A stretch of 32,055 bases of DNA from Bacteroidia bacterium (GCA_022402405.1 JAKRSG010000063.1:1-32055); one strand, 5' to 3'. Positions 15,303 through 23,764 are shown, counted from the first letter of the stretch. Notes: generated from the letters alone by a model not told the origin. Made by a program: numbers and translations.

Positions 15303-16017
15303 TATTTTTTAAGTGTTGCATTAATGCTGGTATCGCCATAGTGTAATTGCCATCTACGTTAAAGTTGTAGGTGTGTGGATTTTGAAACCATTCATTCACA
15401 TTCATTATACAGTTAAGTATAGCTGGCTTTTCTTTTTGAATATGAATGTTTATGTTAAGTTTCCTGTGTTTAATAAGCATTTCATTGGTTCCAACATGCA
15501 TGGTATAACCAAGGTTAACGCCTGCTGTGTCCAAATATCTGCCTTCTAATTTTAAAAAATGATAGCCTCCGCCAATTACATCAGGCCATTGCATATTTAT
15601 ATTTTCAGTGGTATTTTCTAAACTGTTGCTGATATTTTTGTCAGCAGCAATTCCTATCAAAAATTCTATGGCCGTATAATCTCCTTCCACTACGTGCTGA
15701 ACCAACAACTTATTCTCCTTATTCCTAGCATTAATATAATATGTAGCATCGCTATGCAGGAAAGTGCTATCTTCTTTGTATAGTTTTATTCCTGAAATAT
15801 AATATTCTAGTCTGCTCACGCTGTAGGGAGATTCCGATGAATTCTGATATAAAATGCTATCAAATTCGAGTAAAATTCCATTTACTTCATGTGATATTTC
15901 AATTGTTAAACTTGTATTTGGAAGTTCTACTTGGTTTATTAATTCTTTTTTACATGAACCTAAACCTATTGAAATTAATATAAAATTTAGTATAGCTATG
16001 GTTGATATGTTTTTCAT
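15271..16017 (-). CDS. MbnP-like lipoprotein (partner of the MbnH-like peroxidase)
   Basis: 248 aa with a lipoprotein signal (IGLGSC). The segment NMQWPDVIGGGYHFLKLEGRY and the size and gene pairing resemble the MbnP family. The call rests on pairing plus motif recollection. Confidence 0.55.
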   Translation of the reverse strand: MKNISTIAILNFILISIGLGSCKKELINQVELPNTSLTIEISHEVNGILLEFDSILYQNSSESPYSVSRLEYYISGIKLYKEDSTFLHSDATYYINARNKENKLLVQHVVEGDYTAIEFLIGIAADKNISNSLENTTENINMQWPDVIGGGYHFLKLEGRYLDTAGVNLGYTMHVGTNEMLIKHRKLNINIHIQKEKPAILNCIMNVNEWFQNPHTYNFNVDGNYTMAIPALMQHLKNNGYDTFLIQN

Positions 16018-16024
16018 TTTAGAA

Positions 16025-16032
16025 CAAAGATA
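16025..16032 (-). promoter_or_regulatory. -7 box TATCTTTG (minus strand) for the mbnP-like gene
   Basis: The plus strand reads caaagata, which matches TAnnTTTG on the minus strand. It ends 7 nt upstream of ATG 16017. Confidence 0.35.
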
Positions 16033-16054
16033 AATCTGCTTTGAAAATGCTATA

Positions 16055-16068
16055 CTGACGACAGTCAG
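16055..16068. promoter_or_regulatory. CRP/FNR-type palindrome CTGAC-gaca-GTCAG between the divergent mbnP-like and nadA promoters
   Basis: Perfect 5-bp arms with a 4-bp spacer. Confidence 0.4.
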
Positions 16069-16090
16069 GGTTTATAAGATTGTACCTTGT

Positions 16091-16098
16091 TAATTTTG
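16091..16098 (+). promoter_or_regulatory. -7 box TAATTTTG for nadA
   Basis: Matches TAnnTTTG and starts 25 nt upstream of ATG 16116. Confidence 0.35.
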
Positions 16099-16115
16099 TG
16101 AACCTTTATTTTAAT

Positions 16116-17078
16116 ATGAAAACAAACGATTTATATTCTCAGATTAATAAGATTAAAAAGGAGAAGGATGTTGTTATTCTCTCTCATTATTACATGAGCA
16201 ACGACTTGCAAGTAGAAACTAAAGATGGCGGTTTTGTAGATTTTGTTGGTGATAGCCTTGGCTTGAGCATTCAGGCTTCTCAAACTAAAGCCAATAATAT
16301 TCTGTTTTGTGGAGTACGATTTATGGCAGAAACAGCATTGTTGGTAAATGAAACTAAGCAAGTATTTATGCCTGACCCAAGCGCTGGTTGCTCCTTAGCG
16401 TCGTCTATAAATGCAAAAGATGTTATAGAGCTTCGCAAAAAATATCCTGGTGTTCCGGTGATGGGTTATATAAATACCTATGCAGAAACTAAAACTCAAT
16501 TAGATGTTTGTTGTACTTCTAGAAATGCCATTAAAATTGCTGCTTCACTTCCATCAGATAAAATAATCTTTGTGCCCGATTTATATATGGGTCAAAATCT
16601 TCAAATGCGAGTTCAAAAAGAATTAGGTAAAGAGCTAATTTTATGGAATGGTGCCTGCGAAGTTCATGAGGCTTTTGCCTCTCATAATTCTGGCATGAAA
16701 AGAGCTATTGATGCCGAATTCCTGTTTCATTGGGAGGTTCCTAAAACTCTAACTTCTATATTGGATGATGGTGCAAAAGGAATGATTGGTGGTACCACAG
16801 ATATTTTGAGCTATGTGAAAAAGAGTCCGAAAAAGAAGTTTTATTTAGCCTCCGAATGCGATTTGGGAGTGGCACTTAAAAAGGAAAATCAAGACAAGGA
16901 GTTTATCACTCCTTGCATACATTGTGCTTACATGAAACAAAATAACATGGTTAAATTATTAGCAGCTTTAAAAGCCATTGGTTCAGACCAACAGCAAAAA
17001 TACCAGGTAACCATTGATAAAAAAACCATGCAAAAGGCCAAAATGCCTGTACTTAGGATGTTGGAGTTAAGCGAGTAA
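16116..17078 (+). CDS. nadA: Quinolinate synthase NadA
   Basis: Motifs are VILSHYYM, FVGDSLGL, FCGVRFMAET, PDPSAGCSLA, YINTYAETK, CCTSRNA, VPDLYMG and GACEVHE. I prefer ATG 16116 (MKTNDLYSQ...) over the TTG at 16080. Confidence 0.9.
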   Translation: MKTNDLYSQINKIKKEKDVVILSHYYMSNDLQVETKDGGFVDFVGDSLGLSIQASQTKANNILFCGVRFMAETALLVNETKQVFMPDPSAGCSLASSINAKDVIELRKKYPGVPVMGYINTYAETKTQLDVCCTSRNAIKIAASLPSDKIIFVPDLYMGQNLQMRVQKELGKELILWNGACEVHEAFASHNSGMKRAIDAEFLFHWEVPKTLTSILDDGAKGMIGGTTDILSYVKKSPKKKFYLASECDLGVALKKENQDKEFITPCIHCAYMKQNNMVKLLAALKAIGSDQQQKYQVTIDKKTMQKAKMPVLRMLELSE

Positions 17079-17089
17079 AAGGGTTAATA

Positions 17090-18568
17090 GTGAATAAACA
17101 AAAAATTATTTGTGTGGGTGCTGGATTGGCGGCTATAAATTTTATAAGACATTTGCCTAAAGAGATTGAGCTTGTTTGGGTATTAAATGAAGGGTATCAA
17201 AAAAGTAACAGCTATTTAGCCAAAGGTGGCGTAGCTGTGAGCTTTCCGGGTGATGTGGAATCGCATATAGAGGATACCTTGGTAGCAGGTGCATCTGCCT
17301 GTGATGAGCAGTTGGTGCGTGAGGTTATTGGTGCTTCGGAGCAGGTTTTTACTTCCATGAAAAAAAGTGGTATCCTATTCGATGAGGAAGCCTTGCAAGA
17401 GGGTGGACACTCGCAAGCGCGTATTCAGCATGTTTCGGATCAAACCGGAAAATTTGTAATAGAACATTTATGGCAAGAAGTGCTCAAAAGAAGAAATACG
17501 CGTTTGTTATTTAACTATTGTGCCAGTGATATATTATGCGAAAATAATGCCTTTAAAGGATTGCAATTGTCGCATCGAATAACGGGAGAACAAATGCTTG
17601 TTTATGGCTCTGCATTGGTTTTGGCAACGGGCGGTGTTGGGAATTTATATAGCATGAATACAAATGCCATCACGGTTAATGGAAGTGCTCTTGGCATGGC
17701 TATTCGTGCCGGATTGAAAACAAAGAATTTGGAGTTTGTTCAGTTCCATCCCACTAAATTATACTCCCCATATAATAGCTCTCAGGTATTAGTAACAGAG
17801 GCTTTTAGAGGAGCTGGAGCGGTTTTAGTAAGCGAATCTGGATATGCATTTATGGATGATATACATCCATTAGCAAGTTTGGCTCCCAGAGATATTGTGG
17901 CTTTAGGGATGTTTAATCAGATGAAGAAGGATGGAGTTTTGCATGTGTATTTGGATTATTCTGCTCTTTCAGATGATGAGTTTCAGACGAAGTTTCCGTA
18001 TTTGTTCCAACAAGCAAGAAGGAGTACTTGGCATAAAAATAAGCGCATGCCGGTTGCTCCTGCAGCCCATTATTTATGCGGTGGCTTAAAAGTGAATGCT
18101 AATTGTAAAACCTCTATGTTGGGTGTTTATGCTATTGGCGAAGTGGCCTGCACTGGTTTACATGGTGCCAATAGATTAGCTAGTAATTCGCTCTTAGAAT
18201 TGTTTTATTTCTCTGAAAAGCTTGCCAAAAATATAAGTGACGATATTCAGGTTATAGAGGAAAAGGATACTATTTTAGAGAGTCTTTCGCCAGTATCGCA
18301 GTTAGATTTGGCCAAATACGAAAAGCAAATGCAATGCATCATGTGGCAGAATTTTGGTATTGTAAGAACATCTTCTGGCATGCATGCAGGCTTATCTAAA
18401 TTGCAAGAATTGGAGTTTCAACTTTGTATGTTAGCAGAGGCTTCTATTCCCTACCGTAGATTATTTAATTCGTTGCAAGCTGCTATCTGTATAGCAAAAT
18501 CTGCTTATAATCGCAAACAATCATTGGGCTGTCATGTGGTAAAACAAGATAATGTTTGTGCTTTGTAG
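17090..18568 (+). CDS. nadB: L-aspartate oxidase NadB
   Basis: 492 aa with a GTG start. It has an FAD-binding N-terminus (IICVGAGLAA), plus VLATGG, FVQFHPT, APRDIV and GEVACTGLHGANRLASNSLLE. Confidence 0.9.
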   Translation: MNKQKIICVGAGLAAINFIRHLPKEIELVWVLNEGYQKSNSYLAKGGVAVSFPGDVESHIEDTLVAGASACDEQLVREVIGASEQVFTSMKKSGILFDEEALQEGGHSQARIQHVSDQTGKFVIEHLWQEVLKRRNTRLLFNYCASDILCENNAFKGLQLSHRITGEQMLVYGSALVLATGGVGNLYSMNTNAITVNGSALGMAIRAGLKTKNLEFVQFHPTKLYSPYNSSQVLVTEAFRGAGAVLVSESGYAFMDDIHPLASLAPRDIVALGMFNQMKKDGVLHVYLDYSALSDDEFQTKFPYLFQQARRSTWHKNKRMPVAPAAHYLCGGLKVNANCKTSMLGVYAIGEVACTGLHGANRLASNSLLELFYFSEKLAKNISDDIQVIEEKDTILESLSPVSQLDLAKYEKQMQCIMWQNFGIVRTSSGMHAGLSKLQELEFQLCMLAEASIPYRRLFNSLQAAICIAKSAYNRKQSLGCHVVKQDNVCAL

Positions 18569-18572
18569 ATAT

Positions 18573-19883
18573 TTATGATTTTATAAGCTTAGGCATTCTT
18601 AGTAAATGTACTCCAATAATTCCCAAGCCTACACTGAGTAAAAATCCGCCTAACACAAATAACATAAAGAAGGGTTTTGATTGCTCCATCATGCTGGAGA
18701 AGCTTCCTGCTCGTTCACTCATTTGCCAGAATCCTTTGTAAATTCCCGCTAATATCAACCCAAGCCAAAGCATAAACAAGCCAATTTGGGTCAGCCAAAA
18801 TACTTGATGCATGTGTTTGCTGTATGTTTTATTTGGTTCAGACATAAATAAAAAGCTTGCGGCTAAAATAATCATGGTGTTTATGCCAATTGTAGTTCCC
18901 ATGGCATGTGCCACAGTTATGTGTGTGCCATGTGTATATAAATTAAAGGCAGGCACCGACATAATAAGCGCTTGAATTAAATTTAAGAATACCCAAAAGT
19001 TGGCCGCTGCAATAAATCTGTAAGCAAAAATAGATTGATATTTTTTTACTTCGGAAATTTCTGCTTTCCATTGGTAGAGTGTTTTAAGGAGAAAAATCCA
19101 TTCGGTCATGCTAACTAAATATCCCACATACCTTATGTATTCTTGTGTTGGCAGGGTATAAATATGGTGACTCCAATTAAACAACATGTTAAATAAGCCT
19201 AAGAAATACAAGGCAAAGGTTGTTTTACTGTAGGCCATTTCCGACTCACCGCTGATTTTATCCATTAGGTAAAATAAGGAGCCATATAAAATCTGATTCC
19301 AAGCGCCCACGAGCGAGCCATTTACTTTCCATTGTATGCTAATGTCTTTCACAATATTTTGATTGAAATAAGGAATAAGCCAAAGATAATTTTCGATGAA
19401 AATATAGATAAAAAAGGTCAAGCCTGTCATCCACATATACAAGTATACAGGCCATTTTATTTTGAAGCTTACCGTTCTAAAGAATTGAATCAAAAATAAT
19501 ATCCAAGCCAAGGCAATTGGAATGGCCCAAATGGGATTAAATTCCCAATATTCTCTGCCTCCAAACTGCTTGTTGAAGTAGGAATAAAACACACCCAAAA
19601 CAGCTATTATCCACAGTGCATATTGCATCAGCGCCATGGTTTTATTAATGCGTTCATGGAAGAGTTGGTTCAGCCCGAAATATACGCAGGCTGTGGCACT
19701 TAAAAGTATCCAAAAAATAGCAGCACTTACGTGCATGGGTCGGAGTGAAACGAGTCCAAATGAATCTATTAATAACTCTGGAAACAAATAGCTTAAGCTT
19801 GCTAGGCAGCCAAAAAGTAGGGTGCTTAAAAGGATAACTAATGCCGTTTTTATATATATACTTCCTAGGTTAATACTGCTCAT
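18573..19883 (-). CDS. Heme-copper oxidoreductase superfamily subunit I homolog (NorB-like), with a non-canonical ligand set
   Basis: 436 aa, consistent with about 12 TM segments. It has LRPMHVSAAIFW (helix II-type His), NWSHHIYT (HH pair) and LYTHGTHITVAHAMGT (helix X-type motif). There is no His at all between FHERI and SHH. It overlaps the upstream cytochrome c gene by 14 nt. Confidence 0.8.
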   Translation of the reverse strand: MSSINLGSIYIKTALVILLSTLLFGCLASLSYLFPELLIDSFGLVSLRPMHVSAAIFWILLSATACVYFGLNQLFHERINKTMALMQYALWIIAVLGVFYSYFNKQFGGREYWEFNPIWAIPIALAWILFLIQFFRTVSFKIKWPVYLYMWMTGLTFFIYIFIENYLWLIPYFNQNIVKDISIQWKVNGSLVGAWNQILYGSLFYLMDKISGESEMAYSKTTFALYFLGLFNMLFNWSHHIYTLPTQEYIRYVGYLVSMTEWIFLLKTLYQWKAEISEVKKYQSIFAYRFIAAANFWVFLNLIQALIMSVPAFNLYTHGTHITVAHAMGTTIGINTMIILAASFLFMSEPNKTYSKHMHQVFWLTQIGLFMLWLGLILAGIYKGFWQMSERAGSFSSMMEQSKPFFMLFVLGGFLLSVGLGIIGVHLLRMPKLIKS

Positions 19884-20289
19884 GTTTTAGAGGTTTAATC
19901 ATGCCCCAAGGGTATACTTCAAATTCTTTTGGTTGTGCAATTCCACTTTTGTTTAAGGATACCAAAAATTGATATAAACTTTCCAATTCTGTTTCGCTTA
20001 AATTAAAACTTGGCATCTGTTGTGCGGCACTTTTTATGGCGCTAGAAAGAAACAATTTCCTATCGCCTGATTGTCCGGCATAGTTTGTTAAATCTGGTCC
20101 GAGGTAACCTCCTAAACCATATATTTGGTGACAGCTTTGGCAGTTGTATTTCTGCCAAACCAGTTTGCCTTGGCTAATTACTTGGGCAATTTTTGGGTCT
20201 GTTTCGGAGTGCGATGAAGAGAGGTAAATACTCCAAGAATAATACAAATAGCTTAAGCATAAAATAAGGAAAACGAGTATTGGTTTCAT
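19870..20289 (-). CDS. Membrane-anchored monohaem cytochrome c (NorC-like position)
   Basis: 139 aa with an N-terminal TM anchor, CQSCH followed by GLGGYLGPDL, and a distal Met (QQMPSF). Confidence 0.8.
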   Translation of the reverse strand: MKPILVFLILCLSYLYYSWSIYLSSSHSETDPKIAQVISQGKLVWQKYNCQSCHQIYGLGGYLGPDLTNYAGQSGDRKLFLSSAIKSAAQQMPSFNLSETELESLYQFLVSLNKSGIAQPKEFEVYPWGMIKPLKHEQY

Positions 20290-20309
20290 GCTGGGAATGA
20301 CTTTAAAAT

Positions 20310-21176
20310 TTATAGTTTAGATAAATATACTTTAAGCGATTCTTTCCAATGTGGCATGGGTTTAAGATGTAGTTCTTTTAGTTTTTGATTAGCTAAAACG
20401 CTATAAGCTGGACGAGGAGTTTTGGCTGGGAAGTCGCTACTATTGGCCTCAGAGAGCTTGGCAGGAGTGCCACTTAGCTCAAATATGGCTTGTGCAAACT
20501 CATACCACGAACACTGTCCAACAGAGCTTATATGTACAATTCCTTTAACTGTAGTTTCTAATAGTTCTACTAATTTATCTGCGATGCTCTGAGTAGAAGT
20601 AGGCGATACAATTTCGTTTGATACCACTTTTAAATCGGCATTTTCTCTGGCCTTTTTTAACATCAACTGCACAAAGTTTAATCCATTTTTGGCTCTGCAT
20701 GGATTTACACCGTATATAGCCGAAACTCTTACGATTATGGCATCTGCATTGTTTGCTAAAATGGCTTCTTCACCTTTTTGTTTAGATAAACCATACACAT
20801 TTAAAGGCTTGGTTTGATCCGACTCTAGATAGGGTTCATTTTTGTTTCCATCGAACACATAATCTGTGCTTATATTTACAAATCTAACCTTGTGTTTAAA
20901 GCATATACTTGCTATTTGTGCCGGTGAAATGCAGTTTATGAGCATGGCTTTTTCTGGATCTGCCTCGCACAAATCTACTTGATGGAAGGCAGCGGTGTTT
21001 ATAAATACATCTGGCTTATACTCGCTAATCCATGTTTCCCATTTGGCAGATTCTTCAATGCCTGCATCGGCGTGAGTATAGCTAAATATCAGTTGTTTTT
21101 GTGCCAAGAAAGTACTAATAATATCGCTGCCTAGCTGACCATTAGCACCACTAATCATTACTTTTAATGTACTCAT
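20310..21176 (-). CDS. rmlD: dTDP-4-dehydrorhamnose reductase-like SDR (RmlD family)
   Basis: 288 aa with motifs ISGANGQLG, PDVFINTAAFHQVDLCE, STDYVFDG, PLNVYGLSK and SPTST. Confidence 0.8.
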   Translation of the reverse strand: MSTLKVMISGANGQLGSDIISTFLAQKQLIFSYTHADAGIEESAKWETWISEYKPDVFINTAAFHQVDLCEADPEKAMLINCISPAQIASICFKHKVRFVNISTDYVFDGNKNEPYLESDQTKPLNVYGLSKQKGEEAILANNADAIIVRVSAIYGVNPCRAKNGLNFVQLMLKKARENADLKVVSNEIVSPTSTQSIADKLVELLETTVKGIVHISSVGQCSWYEFAQAIFELSGTPAKLSEANSSDFPAKTPRPAYSVLANQKLKELHLKPMPHWKESLKVYLSKL

Positions 21177-22162
21177 ATTTCAATGACTTGTTTAGATACC
21201 AATTGTTTAAAAACTTGAATATTGTAATAAGAAGGTTCTTCAAAATCGTTAAAGTGATCTAAATTCTGAAATAGGTTTTCTATAATATCCTTTTCCGTTT
21301 TTTTTGCCTCATATTTTAATAATTGCTGGGCTTTCTCGGTGCTTACTTTATAGTTTCTATAATCTTGTTGGTTTTTATTATGAACCTTTACCTTCGTTCC
21401 AGTTCTGTTTTCAACGACATCTGCTACCGATTTAGCTAACTCGCCAACTGTGGCATTTAGAGAGCTAATATTAAATACTTCAGCAAAACTGTCTTCATAG
21501 TTTAACGCTAAATGATATGCCTCGCATAAATCTTCTAATGCCAGAATAGGGCGCCAAATACGATGATTGCTTAAGGTAATTTCTCCCAATAATAAGGCGT
21601 TCTTAAACATGGTATTCATGGCTAAATCTAATCTCATTCTTGGACTGTATCCGCAAACGGTTCCCTGCCGAATACATAATACCTGAAAGTTTTCTTCTGC
21701 TAAGGCTAATAAACTTCTTTCGCCTTGTAATTTGGAAACACCGTATGGGTAATTACAAATGGCAGGGTCTTCTTCTGTGTATGTTTTGTTAAGTGTATAG
21801 CCATAAACAGAGCAGGAACTGGCAAATAACAACTGCTTTACTCCGGCTTCTCTGGCCATAAAACCAATGTATGAAGGCAAGGCCGTGTTTAAAATAAAAT
21901 TACTCTTTGGAGAGAATTCTGCCATTGGGTCGTTTGATAATCCAGCCAAAAAAATGATGCTATCATAAGAGGCTAAATCTTGTTGTTTTAAGTCGAATAA
22001 ATCGCCTGTCAACAACCTAATTTTGTCTGGAAGAAAATTTCCAAACCAACACGCATCTGCCACTGTAATATCGTATCCTTTGGCTTGCAAATAGGGAGAT
22101 AATACCGAGCCGATATAGCCGGCACCTCCCATAATTAATACCTTTTTAGCTTTCATAATCAA
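21173..22162 (-). CDS. NAD-dependent epimerase/dehydratase (extended SDR)
   Basis: 329 aa with GGAGYIGS, SSCSVYG and YGVSK (YxxxK). It has 4-nt overlaps with both neighbouring genes. Confidence 0.8.
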   Translation of the reverse strand: MIMKAKKVLIMGGAGYIGSVLSPYLQAKGYDITVADACWFGNFLPDKIRLLTGDLFDLKQQDLASYDSIIFLAGLSNDPMAEFSPKSNFILNTALPSYIGFMAREAGVKQLLFASSCSVYGYTLNKTYTEEDPAICNYPYGVSKLQGERSLLALAEENFQVLCIRQGTVCGYSPRMRLDLAMNTMFKNALLLGEITLSNHRIWRPILALEDLCEAYHLALNYEDSFAEVFNISSLNATVGELAKSVADVVENRTGTKVKVHNKNQQDYRNYKVSTEKAQQLLKYEAKKTEKDIIENLFQNLDHFNDFEEPSYYNIQVFKQLVSKQVIEI

Positions 22163-22725
22163 TAGGTAAAGTGTTTAGATCTTGGGTCGTTAAGCCATTC
22201 AGAAAGTGTAGGAGCCACCTTGTCTTTCGCAGATAATGTTGGCTCTATTATCGGCCATTCAATACCAATAGCAGGATCGTTCCATAGTATGCCTGCTTCT
22301 GCGTTTTTATTATAAATGCCTGTGCATTTATATTGAATTTCGGCAGTTTCGCTTATCACACCAAAGCCTCTCGCAAAACCCGCTGGAGCGTATACCAACC
22401 TGCGGTTTTTATCACTCACAAACTCGCCATGCCACTTGCCAAAACTGGGTGAACCAATTCTAATATCCACCGCCACCAGAAAAGCTTCGCCTTGGGTTAC
22501 ACGCATTAGCTTTGCCATAGGTGGTTCCCATTGAAAATGCAATCCTCTCACCACTCCTCTAGCTGATTTTGAGTGGTTGTCTTGCACAAATTCATCCGTT
22601 ATTCCGGCCGCTGTAAAATGATCTTTTCTATATACCTCACAAAAAAAACCTCTTTCATCCTCATAAACCTCCGGTTCAAATACCTTCAATCCGTTTAAGG
22701 CTTCATTAATCAAATCTATTTTCAT
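22159..22725 (-). CDS. rmlC: dTDP-4-dehydrorhamnose 3,5-epimerase
   Basis: 188 aa with motifs DERGFF, QDNHSKSARGVVRGLHFQ, KLMRVTQGEAFLVAVD, GFARGF and YKCTG. Confidence 0.9.
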   Translation of the reverse strand: MKIDLINEALNGLKVFEPEVYEDERGFFCEVYRKDHFTAAGITDEFVQDNHSKSARGVVRGLHFQWEPPMAKLMRVTQGEAFLVAVDIRIGSPSFGKWHGEFVSDKNRRLVYAPAGFARGFGVISETAEIQYKCTGIYNKNAEAGILWNDPAIGIEWPIIEPTLSAKDKVAPTLSEWLNDPRSKHFTY

Positions 22726-22732
22726 ATTCGTT

Positions 22733-23764
22733 TTATATTAATTGTTTGTAGGTTTTTATTCTTTTTCCAAAAAAGGCCCATACGATACTTCCTTGATACA
22801 TGTTTTGATCTATTATATCGTCGCCAACTTTACGGTTTCTCTGTACTTTTACTCTTTCTACTCGAATGTTTTTATAGTTTTTTAGTATCCAAGTATGAGC
22901 GTATAAAATTCCCTTAGCTACTTGCCATTGCAAGCTTAGCAATGCTTGCGCTAAGGCAACATAATCCAATAACACATGAAAAAATGTTCTACCAAATAGG
23001 TTTTTGCTTTCATAGTTTTTAATCATCATGTAAATAGAATTCCTATGATTCCAATACGTTTTCTTAAAACTCTTGGCTGCTATTGTGGCTCCTCCTACAT
23101 GCCAAATCGTAGATTTTGGCTGAACCAATATCTTATATCCATGTAATTGAAATCTCCAACATAAGTCTATCTCATCCATATGATGTACGATGATTTCGTC
23201 TAGATAGCCAGCCTCCGTTATGGCTTGTTTGTTTACTAACATAGCAGCACCACTTGCCCAGAATATCTCGCATACATTGTTGTACTGCCCATTATCTTTT
23301 TCTAGGCTGGTAAATATTCTCCCTCGCATAAATGGGAATGCATATTTGTCTATCATTCCTCCCGATGCACCAGCATATTCAAAGTATTCGGGGTTCTTAA
23401 TGTCTAATATTTTAGGTTGTATGGCTCCAATTTTTGGGTCAGATAACATGAGTTCTATCATGGGTTCAAGCCAATTCGAATTTACCTCTACATCGTTGTT
23501 AAGACAAACCATGTAGGGCGATTTACAACTGTTAAAAGCCAAGTTATATGCAGCACAATAACCATTATTTTTTGGGTTCTGAATAATACCTACCCATGGA
23601 TATTTTTCTTTTACATAATCAACATCGTTCTCGGTTGATGCATTGTCTAATAAAAATATATGTTTCTTGGTGTAGCTCGATTTTTGTAGTGATTTGAAGC
23701 AGGCATCTAAAAATCTTCTCCCATTATAATTTAGTACCACAATGTCAACGTCTGGGTAATTCAT
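22733..23764 (-). CDS. Family 2 glycosyltransferase (rhamnosyltransferase-like)
   Basis: 343 aa with motifs DIVVLNYNG, LLDNASTEND, NNGYCAAYN, LNNDVEV and the DEID/CWR region. Confidence 0.85.
   Translation of the reverse strand: MNYPDVDIVVLNYNGRRFLDACFKSLQKSSYTKKHIFLLDNASTENDVDYVKEKYPWVGIIQNPKNNGYCAAYNLAFNSCKSPYMVCLNNDVEVNSNWLEPMIELMLSDPKIGAIQPKILDIKNPEYFEYAGASGGMIDKYAFPFMRGRIFTSLEKDNGQYNNVCEIFWASGAAMLVNKQAITEAGYLDEIIVHHMDEIDLCWRFQLHGYKILVQPKSTIWHVGGATIAAKSFKKTYWNHRNSIYMMIKNYESKNLFGRTFFHVLLDYVALAQALLSLQWQVAKGILYAHTWILKNYKNIRVERVKVQRNRKVGDDIIDQNMYQGSIVWAFFGKRIKTYKQLI

Noticed and set aside
12056-16017. A functional link between the TDO-like gene (free Trp to formylkynurenine) and the MbnPH-like pair (protein Trp to kynurenine)
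   Set aside because: The chemistry is superficially similar, but the genes belong to different transcription units separated by rrf2 and the fasciclin gene. Nothing in the sequence supports coupling.
16080-16115. TTG-initiated extension of nadA (and likewise TTG 25778 for tetR)
   Set aside because: The extensions cover predicted -7 boxes. The ATG starts at 16116 and 25799 give the normal N-termini for these families.
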